Positions 47,042 to 57,185 of a stretch of DNA of 64,000 bases are shown piece after piece. The DNA comes from a virus (lineage: Duplodnaviria > Caudoviricetes), in the IMG/VR virus record IMGVR_UViG_3300030117_007612, positions 128,001 to 192,000 of that record, one strand, 5' to 3'. How positions within the stretch are numbered: the stretch's first letter is position 1; every line of letters begins with the position of its first letter. The position numbers and the translations under genes are program-made. The notes beneath the pieces were generated by a model, which worked only from the letters and a program-made list of their open reading frames with translations, made no database searches and was not told the origin of the DNA.

Positions 47042-48558
47042 GTCTTGAAGAATTAATATTAAAACATCACGGTAAAGACTTTACGCTCAATCAATTAATT
47101 GAAATGGTCGAGCAGGTCGTTGACTCGGGCTTGATTACGGAGCGAGAGCCAGCACCCGAGAAGATTCAAGACAAAGAATTGTCCGTAACGATGCCCATTA
47201 TTCGAATATCAGAAAAGATGTGGGGTAAGGAAGGTTCACAAGATCGGGAAATTATCCAAAAGCTCCTAGGAAGAATTGTTCAATACGGCACAACTCTAAA
47301 GGATAAGATTGATTTAATTAACGATTTCCTAACCAACCCGCCACAAACAGATGATGTTTCCGAAATTTTAACTAACATTGTCCTGTTGGACACCTTGACC
47401 AATATTATGGTGCACTTCAATGCATCTGCTGCCGGTTTTACATTTGAAGGATTTTTGTCGGCGCTCTTGTCCGGACAGCAGGTGCCGGCAGGTACTGCTG
47501 GAATTCAAGACCTAATCGACGCAGACGATAATCCGATAAGCTTGAAGCTGTTGACCGAGAAGCCGGGCGATGTACACGGCAGCTATAGAGATCTGGTGGA
47601 TCACTTCATTGATCCCGGCGCCGCCAAGCAAGATCCGGAGAGCGGCCAATATGTTGGTAGCGCCGGCGCCGAGGGCAAGATGACCTATGTTGTCGCCCTT
47701 AAGTCGTTTAGGGAAAAAGAGGCAGGAGAAAAACTAAAAGGAAAAGAATACATCAGATTTTTCCAATTTGATTTTACCGCAGAAACATTCTTTGAATCGC
47801 TGGTTAGCAACAAAAACAATGTGCCCCTGCTTCTTTTGCCGAAAGATCTGAATGCTGCCCCTGAAATTGGTGGCGAGATGGAGACAGAACAAAATGTCGA
47901 TTTCCTCTCTGATGAACAAGTAGCCAACCTTCATGGAACATCAAAGAAGGTGTATAATTATCTCGTATCGGTGTATGATGCAAGCTATTTGAATCAGGTT
48001 CTGCCCACGATTGAACTTAAGCCATCTGCCGGCGGCAAAAAGATGATAATCGTGTCCAAAGAGACAGGCGAGCCACTCAAAAGAAGTGACGTTGAGCTGC
48101 CACCAGCGGATCCACGCAGAAAGCAAGTAGCACAAAGGGGACACGAAGGATACAGGTCTTATGCCGAATCGGTGAACATATTAAAAGCCGCCCTCGCGCG
48201 AAACAAGAATGAATTTTGGACTCTTATTTCTAAAACTTCTGGCTATACCGGTGCAGCCGGCGAAACGCAATTTATTATTGGCGCAAACTACTATAAAGAA
48301 AAGGGCTATGATAAAGATGGCTTTGGCTATGTTGGAATTATCTACGTCGGCCGTCAAGCGGTCACAGAATTAGCCGAGAGATATGCTGATGTTCTTAACC
48401 AGCAGATTTTTGATCTATTCTCAAAAGTGCAAAATCTCTCAGAGCAGATCAATGCCTATTTTGTCGCCGGCGACAAATCAGAGGGCATTGCCGCGGCAAA
48501 CACAGCAGGCACAATTAAGTCAGAAACTGAAGATTATATGAAAAAAACTAAATCATAG
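47038..48558 (+). CDS. Hypothetical protein with PD-(D/E)xK-like motif
   Basis: GTG start after SD GGAG; FTFEGFLSAL..IQD..PISLKL. Confidence 0.5.
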   Translation: MSLEELILKHHGKDFTLNQLIEMVEQVVDSGLITEREPAPEKIQDKELSVTMPIIRISEKMWGKEGSQDREIIQKLLGRIVQYGTTLKDKIDLINDFLTNPPQTDDVSEILTNIVLLDTLTNIMVHFNASAAGFTFEGFLSALLSGQQVPAGTAGIQDLIDADDNPISLKLLTEKPGDVHGSYRDLVDHFIDPGAAKQDPESGQYVGSAGAEGKMTYVVALKSFREKEAGEKLKGKEYIRFFQFDFTAETFFESLVSNKNNVPLLLLPKDLNAAPEIGGEMETEQNVDFLSDEQVANLHGTSKKVYNYLVSVYDASYLNQVLPTIELKPSAGGKKMIIVSKETGEPLKRSDVELPPADPRRKQVAQRGHEGYRSYAESVNILKAALARNKNEFWTLISKTSGYTGAAGETQFIIGANYYKEKGYDKDGFGYVGIIYVGRQAVTELAERYADVLNQQIFDLFSKVQNLSEQINAYFVAGDKSEGIAAANTAGTIKSETEDYMKKTKS

Positions 48559-48561
48559 TTC

Positions 48562-48590
48562 TTGACATTGTTGCATTATTTGATTATAAT
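48562..48590 (+). promoter_or_regulatory. Sigma70-type promoter
   Basis: TTGACA-N17-TATAAT (perfect consensus). Confidence 0.85.
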
Positions 48591-48610
48591 ACTTATACCA
48601 CGGAGGGAAA

Positions 48611-50182
48611 GTGCCACAAGTAAAATATGATAATGAGGAATCTCTACAAAAAAAGATTCTCGAAGGCGCAAACGTTCTTGCAGATAACGTTGCTGCCACC
48701 CTAGGTCCTCGCGGCCGAAACGTAATTCTACAAGAGAAGAACAAGGCACCGTTCATCACAAAAGATGGAGTTACTGTTGCCAAATTCGTGTTCTTTGATG
48801 ATTTGATTACGAATTCAGGCGCACAAATTATTAAACAAGCGGCCATTAAAACCAATTCTGATGCCGGTGATGGTACTACGACATCAACCGTAATTACACG
48901 CTCTTTGTTGAACAATGCTCAAAAGTATATTACATCCGGTGTTTCTCCAATTGAACTCAAGCGTGGCATGGATCTCGCTAGTCACGCCATTTGCGATCGA
49001 TTGACTGAGCTATCTCAACCCATAAAGAGCGTTAATGACATTTCGCACATTGCAACTATTTCCGCCAACAATGATAAATCAATCGGCGATTTGGTCGCCA
49101 TGGCAGTCGATCGTGTTGGTAAGGATGGCTCCGTAACCATTCAAGAGGCCAGAGCCGTCGAGACAACTTTGGATATTGCCGAAGGCTTCAATTTCGATGC
49201 CGGGTACTGTGCTGGTGCGTTTGTTACCGACGAACGCAGAGGGGTGATGAGTTATGTAGATCCGCTCATACTCGTCACGGATGCTAAAATCTCAACGGTC
49301 GAACAGATTTTGCCAACCCTTGAGTTGATTTCGCGTGAAGGCCGGCCCCTAATTATAGTGGCCGAAGACATTGAGGGTCAGGCATTGGCCGCGCTAATTA
49401 TGAATGCAATGCGTGGCACTCTACAGGTTGCTGCGATTAAGGCTCCGCGCTACGGCGAAGAGCGCAGAAACATTCTGAGCGATTTGGCGTTGTCTGTGAA
49501 TGCGGAATTTATCACAAGAGAGTCCGGTATCAAGCTAAGTGAAGTTAAACTAAAGCATTTCGGATCTGCTGATAGCATTGAATCAACAAAATATAATACT
49601 ACAATCGTAGGTGCAAATAGCGATCATGTCAAGGTCGATGAAAGAATCCAAATCTTAAAAAAAGAACTAAACGAGACCGAATCAATTCATGAGTGCGAGG
49701 CAATTCAAGACAGAATCACAAGATTGGCATCAGGCGTGGCGGTAATTTATGTTGGCGCTCACACTGAAATTGAGATGATTGAAAAGAAACACAGAATTGA
49801 AGATGCTCTGGAGGCAGTTAAGTCTGCTCAAGCCGAGGGCGTTGTTTCTGGTGGTGGCACTGCGCTCATTCGCGCATGTAAAGATCTAGACATCGAAGTA
49901 GAGAACGAAGAGCAGCGGCTTGGCGTTAATATCGTGCTGGAGTCGGCCTTTAGTCCGATCCGTCAGATGGCAGCTAATGCTGGCGAATCGGCTGATTTAA
50001 TTATTAAGGAAATTGAAGTATCGGATGTTGAATCTGGTTATGATTTCCGAAGCAGGAAAATGGTAAACATGGTTGAGTCGGGGATTATTGATCCGGTCAA
50101 GGTTACAAGGTGCGCACTGCAAAATGCAATTTCAGTTGCCGGCACACTAATCACGACAAACCACGCCATTGTTCAAGTGTAG
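48611..50182 (+). CDS. groEL: Chaperonin GroEL
   Basis: TLGPRGRNV, ITKDGVTVA, AGDGTTT, KAPRYG, RIEDA, GVVSGGG, GIIDPVKV; no GGM tail. Confidence 0.97.
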   Translation: MPQVKYDNEESLQKKILEGANVLADNVAATLGPRGRNVILQEKNKAPFITKDGVTVAKFVFFDDLITNSGAQIIKQAAIKTNSDAGDGTTTSTVITRSLLNNAQKYITSGVSPIELKRGMDLASHAICDRLTELSQPIKSVNDISHIATISANNDKSIGDLVAMAVDRVGKDGSVTIQEARAVETTLDIAEGFNFDAGYCAGAFVTDERRGVMSYVDPLILVTDAKISTVEQILPTLELISREGRPLIIVAEDIEGQALAALIMNAMRGTLQVAAIKAPRYGEERRNILSDLALSVNAEFITRESGIKLSEVKLKHFGSADSIESTKYNTTIVGANSDHVKVDERIQILKKELNETESIHECEAIQDRITRLASGVAVIYVGAHTEIEMIEKKHRIEDALEAVKSAQAEGVVSGGGTALIRACKDLDIEVENEEQRLGVNIVLESAFSPIRQMAANAGESADLIIKEIEVSDVESGYDFRSRKMVNMVESGIIDPVKVTRCALQNAISVAGTLITTNHAIVQV

Positions 50183-50199
50183 GAGCCAAGGAGGTATCG

Positions 50200-50430
50200 A
50201 TGAAAATAGGAGACTTATATTACGTACCGCAGAACGTCACGCTAATGCAATTTGAAGAAACCAGTAACAAGGACGCCACCCCAATCGCATATTATAAAAC
50301 TGATAAACCAATTAAAGTGGTGGTGGTTGAAAGATACGATAATGATATCGCCGAAGTGTTTTATAATGGCCAAAGGTGGTGCGTCAAGGGTAAAAATTTA
50401 TATTTATTGGAGGAAAAATGCCCGTTGTAA
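50200..50430 (+). CDS. Small SH3/KOW-like protein (MKIGDL family)
   Basis: SD AGGAGG; MKIGDLYYV. Confidence 0.7.
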   Translation: MKIGDLYYVPQNVTLMQFEETSNKDATPIAYYKTDKPIKVVVVERYDNDIAEVFYNGQRWCVKGKNLYLLEEKCPL

Positions 50431-50714
50431 AATTTACTGAGATAGCGAAAGATTTAAATATTACCGAAGGTAGAACATATAAACTTAGAGAGGTTTATAT
50501 CAACTCTGAGCATGTTGTACTCATGCGCGAGGATGATCATTCTTTGAAACTTTTGAATGAAGATCAACTGCCTTCTGGCCTCGACAGAAGGCAGAGGTTT
50601 ACACGAATTTCTTTGCAAAAGGGCTCTTCCGGTCAAGAAATTGTTGTCGTCGGAACACCCGAGATGGTAGAGAAAAAGCTCTTCTCGGCCGGAAAGAAGG
50701 TCATCAGGGGGTAA
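50418..50714 (+). CDS. Hypothetical protein
   Basis: SD GGAGG; overlapping start. Confidence 0.7.
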   Translation: MPVVKFTEIAKDLNITEGRTYKLREVYINSEHVVLMREDDHSLKLLNEDQLPSGLDRRQRFTRISLQKGSSGQEIVVVGTPEMVEKKLFSAGKKVIRG

Positions 50715-50715
50715 T

Positions 50716-51060
50716 ATGTCAAACCAAAGATTAACAGTCCAATATTCGATACGCGCCGATGAGATGGACGCAGAAATTAAAAGACTCATGATAAGGTCTC
50801 TGTCTAAACTATCCAAACTTGTTGAAGATTTTGATGATCATGTTCCAAAAATTAATGAACTTGTTGACAACAACAACATTTCTGGCCTCATGCTGCTTAT
50901 AGGTAGTATTAGGGATAGCTTGGCCGAAGTTGATTTTTCGCTAAATGAATGCTCTTCTGTCGCATATGGACACCATGATTATTTAATGAAGCAGCGGATA
51001 TCTTCATTGCAAGATATTAATTTGCCCGAGTCGGATACGCCCACTGAAGATGAAAAATAA
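50716..51060 (+). CDS. Hypothetical protein
   Basis: Helical 114-aa ORF. Confidence 0.7.
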   Translation: MSNQRLTVQYSIRADEMDAEIKRLMIRSLSKLSKLVEDFDDHVPKINELVDNNNISGLMLLIGSIRDSLAEVDFSLNECSSVAYGHHDYLMKQRISSLQDINLPESDTPTEDEK

Positions 51061-51343
51061 ATATTACCATATCTTTGCTAATACCGTTTGTCCTTTTTGT
51101 GTACGCGCAATTAATCTGCTTAATGAGTCAGAGGCTGAATATGTCTTGACCTTAATTGATAACTCTCCAAATTATCTAGAAAGCTTAAAAAAAGAACACG
51201 GCTGGGAAACTATTCCAATAATTTTCGAATGTGATAGTGAGACTAAGGAGGAAAGATTAATTGGCGGACATGCCGATTTAATGGATTATTTTTTAACACC
51301 AAGAGAAGAGGAACATGAAGACGCCACTAAGATTGTTGAATAA
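51050..51343 (+). CDS. Glutaredoxin
   Basis: CPFC, WETIPIIF, LIGGHADL. Confidence 0.85.
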   Translation: MKNKYYHIFANTVCPFCVRAINLLNESEAEYVLTLIDNSPNYLESLKKEHGWETIPIIFECDSETKEERLIGGHADLMDYFLTPREEEHEDATKIVE

Positions 51344-52082
51344 TCGCTCCGGAGCATTTTCCGCAGTTTTTAATTCGCTGCCTGACGAGTATGATACTAT
51401 ACATTTTCCATTCTTTGTAAACGGCGGCCTTGAATTGCGGATGTGCATGGAAGATCGAAATATTGTAGGCCACACTCACCACTGGTGTGTTTATGAATTT
51501 TGGGATTGCCTGAAGCAAGATCCGCAACGCTTGATTCAGAACATTAAGTTTACACTCGAATATGAACATCTTGAGGAGAGATTCTACTATCACATGCAGG
51601 AGAATTTTCAAAAAAATCCTGATGTATTTGTTCGCTCTGCGCAGTTTTACGCTCTCAATCGTTGCAACGCGGAGGGTCAAATATTCGGTGGCAAATGGAT
51701 TGGCTTGAAGCATGTCAATGATTTAAATTACTACAACATGAAAAATTTAGATTTGCTAAATTTGGAACCTAAAATGCACGATGATATATTGCCGATAAAT
51801 ATTATCGACGCTATTCCCGACGACGAGTACATTATCGCAACCCCGCCCAAATTTTCATATCGCTTGCTGCCAGATGCTCAAGCTGATACAGTTATTAATC
51901 CCAACATAGATCACTGGGAGCTTAAAGAAAAAATGGCTGATAGAAAAAAATGGATAATCGTTTGTAGCTATCATAAGAAATTACACGACATCTACAAGGA
52001 GTTTGAAATAAAATATTTCAGCAGAAACTGGACCGAAACCACACAAGAAAAAGCAGAGGAAATGTTAATTGTTAAGTCGTGA
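51315..52082 (+). CDS. Dam/D12-class adenine methyltransferase-like protein, catalytic motif altered
   Basis: MKTPL..HFPFFVNGG, AQFYALNRC; expected DPPY position reads ATPPKF. Confidence 0.55.
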   Translation: MKTPLRLLNNRSGAFSAVFNSLPDEYDTIHFPFFVNGGLELRMCMEDRNIVGHTHHWCVYEFWDCLKQDPQRLIQNIKFTLEYEHLEERFYYHMQENFQKNPDVFVRSAQFYALNRCNAEGQIFGGKWIGLKHVNDLNYYNMKNLDLLNLEPKMHDDILPINIIDAIPDDEYIIATPPKFSYRLLPDAQADTVINPNIDHWELKEKMADRKKWIIVCSYHKKLHDIYKEFEIKYFSRNWTETTQEKAEEMLIVKS

Positions 52083-52419
52083 TTTATTGATTGCATGTTT
52101 ACTTTTTAGCCTAGGCCACGTTCTCGCATGGTTTCAGCTTAACTCGCAATACATTTGGGATTGGTGGCGCGACCATCCTGTTACCACTGTCGCTATATAT
52201 TCTTTCCCGTGTGGTCTACTTTTTTATTTTGGATGGAGACATGCTACCGTTGCACTTGAATCTATCTGGAGTGCCCGCCTATTAACCTTTGGAATTTCAT
52301 TTTTGGTATTTCCCCTATTGACTTGGTATTTGTTAAATGAAAGCATGTTTAGGCCCAAAACGTTAGTTTGCGTCATCTTGTCCATAATTATTATATTGAT
52401 ACAAGTATTATGGGAGTAG
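52069..52419 (+). CDS. Small 4-helix membrane protein (DMT/SMR-like)
   Basis: Four hydrophobic segments in 116 aa. Confidence 0.6.
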   Translation: MLSRDLLIACLLFSLGHVLAWFQLNSQYIWDWWRDHPVTTVAIYSFPCGLLFYFGWRHATVALESIWSARLLTFGISFLVFPLLTWYLLNESMFRPKTLVCVILSIIIILIQVLWE

Positions 52420-52420
52420 T

Positions 52421-52819
52421 ATGGTTATGACAACATCTAATAGTTCAACCGAATATAGATCAGCATGGAGAACCAAGTCGATAAAGACTGAAAAAGAATG
52501 GGGCTGGGAAACCTCATGGGCGGCAATGTCCACAATTGTTGGCAAGATTCTACATATTAATGCTGGAAACAGCACAAGTTTTAAGTACTACAAAAACAAA
52601 AACGAAACTTTGTATATCATGAGCGGACTGGTCGAAATTACGTATGGATCTGAACTTTTTCAGGAGGATCCTGTGCAGCACCCGATGAAAACGGAGTTAT
52701 TTGCGGCCGGCGATGCAATAAACATTCAATCGAATTGTCCCTACAAGTTGACAGCGATTGAGCAAAGCGAGGTTCTTGAAATCGGCGACAACTCAAGATC
52801 AGACTATGTAAGAGTATAA
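52421..52819 (+). CDS. Cupin (mannose-6-phosphate isomerase type II-like)
   Basis: KEWGWE..KILHINAG..SFKYYKNKNETLYIMSG; metal His replaced. Confidence 0.6.
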   Translation: MVMTTSNSSTEYRSAWRTKSIKTEKEWGWETSWAAMSTIVGKILHINAGNSTSFKYYKNKNETLYIMSGLVEITYGSELFQEDPVQHPMKTELFAAGDAINIQSNCPYKLTAIEQSEVLEIGDNSRSDYVRV

Positions 52820-52839
52820 GTTAAATTTCGGGAGACTAT

Positions 52840-53598
52840 GTGGGAATTATTTATTTGTTCGACGTTGATGGCACACTGACGGACGCCAAGCAAAAAATCG
52901 AACCTAAGTTTGCGAAACAATTCTTACAATGGATGCAGGACAAAGAGGTTTATATTGTCTCCGGAGGCTCATTTGTTAGAATATTGAACCAGCTTGGAAT
53001 GGAAATACTCGATTGCTGCTCGGGTGTTTTTGCTTGTATGGGTAATATATTTTATCAAAAAATCGAGAGCATTAATGATGTTGGCTATAGTCAGTGGGAG
53101 ATAGTTTATGAAAATAAATTTGTACCGCCAAAAGGGCTCTATCGAGACTTGGACAATCTTGTTAAAACTTCCGATTACCACACTAAGACCGGCCGCCATT
53201 ACGAAGAAAGAGTCGGAATGGTAAACTTTTCGATTGTGGGAAGAAAAGCGACAGCCGAACAAAGACAAGAATATGTAGACTTCGATGAAGAAAACAGAGA
53301 GAGAGAAGAGATAGTTTCTCTGTTAAAGGAGAGGTACACGTCACTGGACTTTGCAATTGGCGGCGCCGTTAGTATTGATATATTCAACCTAGGCGATGAC
53401 AAGTCGCAAGTAATTGAGAAATATTTTAACGAAGCGATCGAGCAAAATAAGATTATATTTTTTGGTGATCGAATTCCATTTCCCGGCAATGATTACCCGC
53501 TCGCGGTTGCCCTTGAGCAAAGCGCCAATGGACAAGCTATCGAGGTCGATGGGTGGGCGGAAACGTCTGAATTACTAAAGAGTGGGCAATTTGCGTAG
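52840..53598 (+). CDS. HAD-IIB phosphomannomutase-like enzyme (eukaryote-type PMM family)
   Basis: FDVDGTLT, IVSGG, EERVGMVNFSIVGR, GGAVSIDI, FFGDR..GNDYPL. Confidence 0.85.
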   Translation: MGIIYLFDVDGTLTDAKQKIEPKFAKQFLQWMQDKEVYIVSGGSFVRILNQLGMEILDCCSGVFACMGNIFYQKIESINDVGYSQWEIVYENKFVPPKGLYRDLDNLVKTSDYHTKTGRHYEERVGMVNFSIVGRKATAEQRQEYVDFDEENREREEIVSLLKERYTSLDFAIGGAVSIDIFNLGDDKSQVIEKYFNEAIEQNKIIFFGDRIPFPGNDYPLAVALEQSANGQAIEVDGWAETSELLKSGQFA

Positions 53599-53613
53599 AT
53601 AGTCGTAAAAATG

Positions 53614-53621
53614 ACTATTTA
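53614..53621 (+). promoter_or_regulatory. Putative late-promoter motif ACTATTTA
   Basis: 18 nt before ATG 53639. Confidence 0.55.
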
Positions 53622-53638
53622 CTGTATGGAGATTATTA

Positions 53639-56600
53639 ATGGATATTTCAACCGCGAGTTGGTTTAATTATTTACATGAAGAAGTTTTAACAGAAGGCCT
53701 GCGAGACATAGGCCTCCCCGAATTTGTCATCGACTACTTAGAAGACGCGATGCCGGACACATCTGAGAAGGCTCGCATGTATATCGCGAATAATTGGAAG
53801 AAGTCCCGCGGTGGAATGGCTGATGCTACCATGGTAGACAACCTTCAATGGGAGGTGGCTCAGTTTCTTATTGATGATGTGTTTAGAAACTACGTTATAA
53901 CTAACAATTCTTATGAGCACGGCACAAACTTATATACAAGAGATCCAGTTGCTCGGGTAGTGGCGCCTTATGATTTAAATCAAGGATCTAATCAGCCTCG
54001 CGACTTTTACGACGAAGAAAGGATGGAACAAAATAAGAGAGTGGCCTTTGTCATCGCGAACATCCGTAACGCACTGGGCAAGCCCCAAGGTACATGGCGC
54101 AAGGCATTTATGAAGGCAGTCAAGGCGTTGAGCAAGGCCGGCCTTCCAAGCGAGAAGGTGGAGAGCTTCAAAGAGTACCTACGCAGCCTCGCCGGTAAGA
54201 ACTTCCACTACTGGTTGAATCAATACTCTGAGCTTGTTAGCTTTCTCAATGATGACCCGACCAACTACGAACTTATCAAAGATGAATACAGTATTCAGGA
54301 CGCTCAAAACAAGGCACTTGAATATCTTGCGAACAAAGAAGACCCAGAGTTCATTATCCACACATTTGATGACGGCTCTTACTGGTACAACCTAGATGTG
54401 TCATCCTGCGATGTTGAAGCGTCACGAATGGGACACTGTGGATCTGACAGTCGCGGCACATTAGTATCTCTCCGCAAGAAGCAAGGCAAGCGACGTGAGT
54501 CATCATCGTATGTTACGATGACTTACAGCGAGTTTGAGAATACAATCTATCAAATCAAGGGACGACAAAACGACGCACCGCCTGAAGAGGTTTGGGATCA
54601 CATCGCTTGGTTCATCAACAATTATGATGTTACTAGTGTAGAAGAGACAGGCGAGCACTCAGGCGATCAGGAAGGCATACGAGATATGATTGAGTATCTC
54701 AGCCAAGAAACCAACGCAAACTTCCACGGCTCTATTGAGGACCGCTTGGAGAAAGCAGAAGATTACTGTGCAGGTCAAATAGAACGCTACACCGACAACC
54801 GAGACGAGCTTGAACATGGTGACGTTGGTTACAATCTTGAAGAAGAGATGAATGACATTTACTGCTATGCCAGCGCAAGATATGAATTTCAGATTGATCT
54901 TGGTTGGACAGGTTATAGCGCGACGGACACGGGCTACATAGCTGACAATCCGCAAGATTTTGAAGAGATCCCACGTGATTACAGCGGAATGCGCGAGTTC
55001 GCTAGTGAACTTGACATTGACGACATGACGTATGAAATGCCGGGTGACGATGGCGACTGGGACGTCAGCCTAAGAAACCTAGTCGGTGTTCAGCCCGATG
55101 ACGTTCCCGCAGGCTCTGAAAGACCAACGACCCACTTAATCATTACACTGTTTAGCAATGAAACACTTTCAGTCGATGAAGATGGAGATGTGCCAGAGTT
55201 TGACGAATTTGTTGACAACATGCTGGCGTTTGAGGAAGACAACGCGCCTACCTACAAAGAGCAAATCAGACAGAACCTTGCTGCTGGCGGCTACATGGCG
55301 AAGAGTGCCTACGACCGATCCCGAGAAGAGCTGATGAAGCTCACACACCTTGACAAGTGGCACGTCAAGCAGGACAAAGGTGGTCTTGAATTTGATTGGA
55401 CAGCAGACGACGGACAGCCGCTTCATACCTATACAGGCAAGTTTGACTCTGCGAGAGCACAGATGTATGGAACAGGAACAGGTAACCGTATGGGTGTGAA
55501 CCCTGACGCTGTGTTCGCTGAGATATTTGGGTACGGACCAAGGTTTAGTTTTGCCAACATGCGAGGAACAAACGACTACTCAATTCAATTCGCGAGAGAG
55601 CTATCCAAAAACATCACAACCCACTTAAAGTCTAAGGCTAGCGCGCCCGGACAACAGAAACTTGACTTCGGTGATAAGTATGGGGGTGCTGATCCGACGA
55701 TGGTCTTAGCAGACGACACTGACTTCGTTGTGTTCCAAGATGTAAACTACCGCCCAGACGGCAATCGGGAAAGATATCCTCTTATAAAAATCAAGTGGCT
55801 GTATCGCATGCGTGTCAACCCTCAATCACCCCCAGAAGAGTTTGAGATTATCCAAGAGATTGCAGCGTTCTTGAACGAGAACGAAGAACTTGTGACTGCT
55901 GCTGCTGACAAGATTATCGGTATGGCTCTTGAAGGTCATAGCGAGAAGATTAACAAACGCAGAGATAAAATAATGGATAACTATCAGCTTCAAATCCAGA
56001 TCAACAATGCCAAAAAGATATACGGCGACGTACTGGATCAATATGGAGACGAAGAGGGATATGGCTCTACCGCAGAGATAGCAAGGAAAGTATATGCTAT
56101 CATTACATGGTTTGAAGATAATTATGCGGATATGGGCGAAGCCGAAAGATACATCATGGCAACCAAGTTTATTATTCCCATGCTACAAAACAACTTCCGC
56201 TCTTATTCGGAGATGGGAGAGATTGACAGAAACACCGGTGCGCCCGTTATGTTTGGCGAGCTTGTACCCCACCAAGTAGCAAAGATGGGTGGGCAGCCTG
56301 TTAACATGATCACGAGAAACCAAGCGCCATCGGCCACCGGCACAATGGGCGCCCCAAGACCAGCGCAGGAAAACAAAAAAACATGGAACAGCGACTCAGA
56401 GCGCGACAGATTAATTGAAGAAGCCCTGAGCATTATTAACGAAAGAGATCCTTCATACGATTTGAGAATTTACCAGATACTAATTAAATGCTCCATGTCA
56501 AAACAGCGTGGCGGCCAGCGCGGCGAGACTGAAACGGAAATTCGTGGAATCGATGGCGTCACGGTTGTTAGTGGGGTAACTTTCCGTGAAGACGCACAAA

Positions 56601-57172
56601 ATTGGTACTCGACATTAAAAATTAAATTCGAATTGTTGGGTCGCCAATCCCGCGATGATTACATGAAATTGGTGCTTTTGCCATCATTGTTAAAAATAAA
56701 GGGATTCAAGATTGTCCCCGGAGGCATGGGCAAAGCCGAACTGGTATCCAAGGAACTTAGCGAAGTTGCTGGATTTGGGGGGATGACTGCTGGTGCGGCC
56801 AATGCGCCGCGTCAAGGCCCGTTTGTTCCCACACCAACACCCTCAATCCAAGACTTGATAGATGCGTGGGTAAGCAGCGGCGAGAGGGTCTACGATATAC
56901 CCACTGACAATAATGAAATGTCATATCACACAATGGTGAATGTCGAGGAGTTGTGGGGGCTTATTACTTCACCATTTTATCGAAACACCACAAGGGAATT
57001 CGATAGTGTTAAAAAGAACATAATCAATCACGGCACTTATAATCCAATTGTGGTGGCAATAGGAAAAAACGGGAGAGCAAAAATTACAGGCGGCATTGAT
57101 ATTGTCTTTGCCGCTAAAGATTTAGGACTGAGAGAGCTGCCTACAATATTTATGTATCAGCATCAAGTTTAA
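53639..57172 (+). CDS. Large multidomain protein (PcfJ-like domain; degenerate ParB/Srx-like C-terminus)
   Basis: EASRMGHCG..LVSLR..IYQIKGRQNDAP; C-terminal PIVVAIGKNGRAKITGGIDIVFAAKDLG. Confidence 0.55.
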   Translation: MDISTASWFNYLHEEVLTEGLRDIGLPEFVIDYLEDAMPDTSEKARMYIANNWKKSRGGMADATMVDNLQWEVAQFLIDDVFRNYVITNNSYEHGTNLYTRDPVARVVAPYDLNQGSNQPRDFYDEERMEQNKRVAFVIANIRNALGKPQGTWRKAFMKAVKALSKAGLPSEKVESFKEYLRSLAGKNFHYWLNQYSELVSFLNDDPTNYELIKDEYSIQDAQNKALEYLANKEDPEFIIHTFDDGSYWYNLDVSSCDVEASRMGHCGSDSRGTLVSLRKKQGKRRESSSYVTMTYSEFENTIYQIKGRQNDAPPEEVWDHIAWFINNYDVTSVEETGEHSGDQEGIRDMIEYLSQETNANFHGSIEDRLEKAEDYCAGQIERYTDNRDELEHGDVGYNLEEEMNDIYCYASARYEFQIDLGWTGYSATDTGYIADNPQDFEEIPRDYSGMREFASELDIDDMTYEMPGDDGDWDVSLRNLVGVQPDDVPAGSERPTTHLIITLFSNETLSVDEDGDVPEFDEFVDNMLAFEEDNAPTYKEQIRQNLAAGGYMAKSAYDRSREELMKLTHLDKWHVKQDKGGLEFDWTADDGQPLHTYTGKFDSARAQMYGTGTGNRMGVNPDAVFAEIFGYGPRFSFANMRGTNDYSIQFARELSKNITTHLKSKASAPGQQKLDFGDKYGGADPTMVLADDTDFVVFQDVNYRPDGNRERYPLIKIKWLYRMRVNPQSPPEEFEIIQEIAAFLNENEELVTAAADKIIGMALEGHSEKINKRRDKIMDNYQLQIQINNAKKIYGDVLDQYGDEEGYGSTAEIARKVYAIITWFEDNYADMGEAERYIMATKFIIPMLQNNFRSYSEMGEIDRNTGAPVMFGELVPHQVAKMGGQPVNMITRNQAPSATGTMGAPRPAQENKKTWNSDSERDRLIEEALSIINERDPSYDLRIYQILIKCSMSKQRGGQRGETETEIRGIDGVTVVSGVTFREDAQNWYSTLKIKFELLGRQSRDDYMKLVLLPSLLKIKGFKIVPGGMGKAELVSKELSEVAGFGGMTAGAANAPRQGPFVPTPTPSIQDLIDAWVSSGERVYDIPTDNNEMSYHTMVNVEELWGLITSPFYRNTTREFDSVKKNIINHGTYNPIVVAIGKNGRAKITGGIDIVFAAKDLGLRELPTIFMYQHQV

Positions 57173-57185
57173 GGAGGCATTTAGT

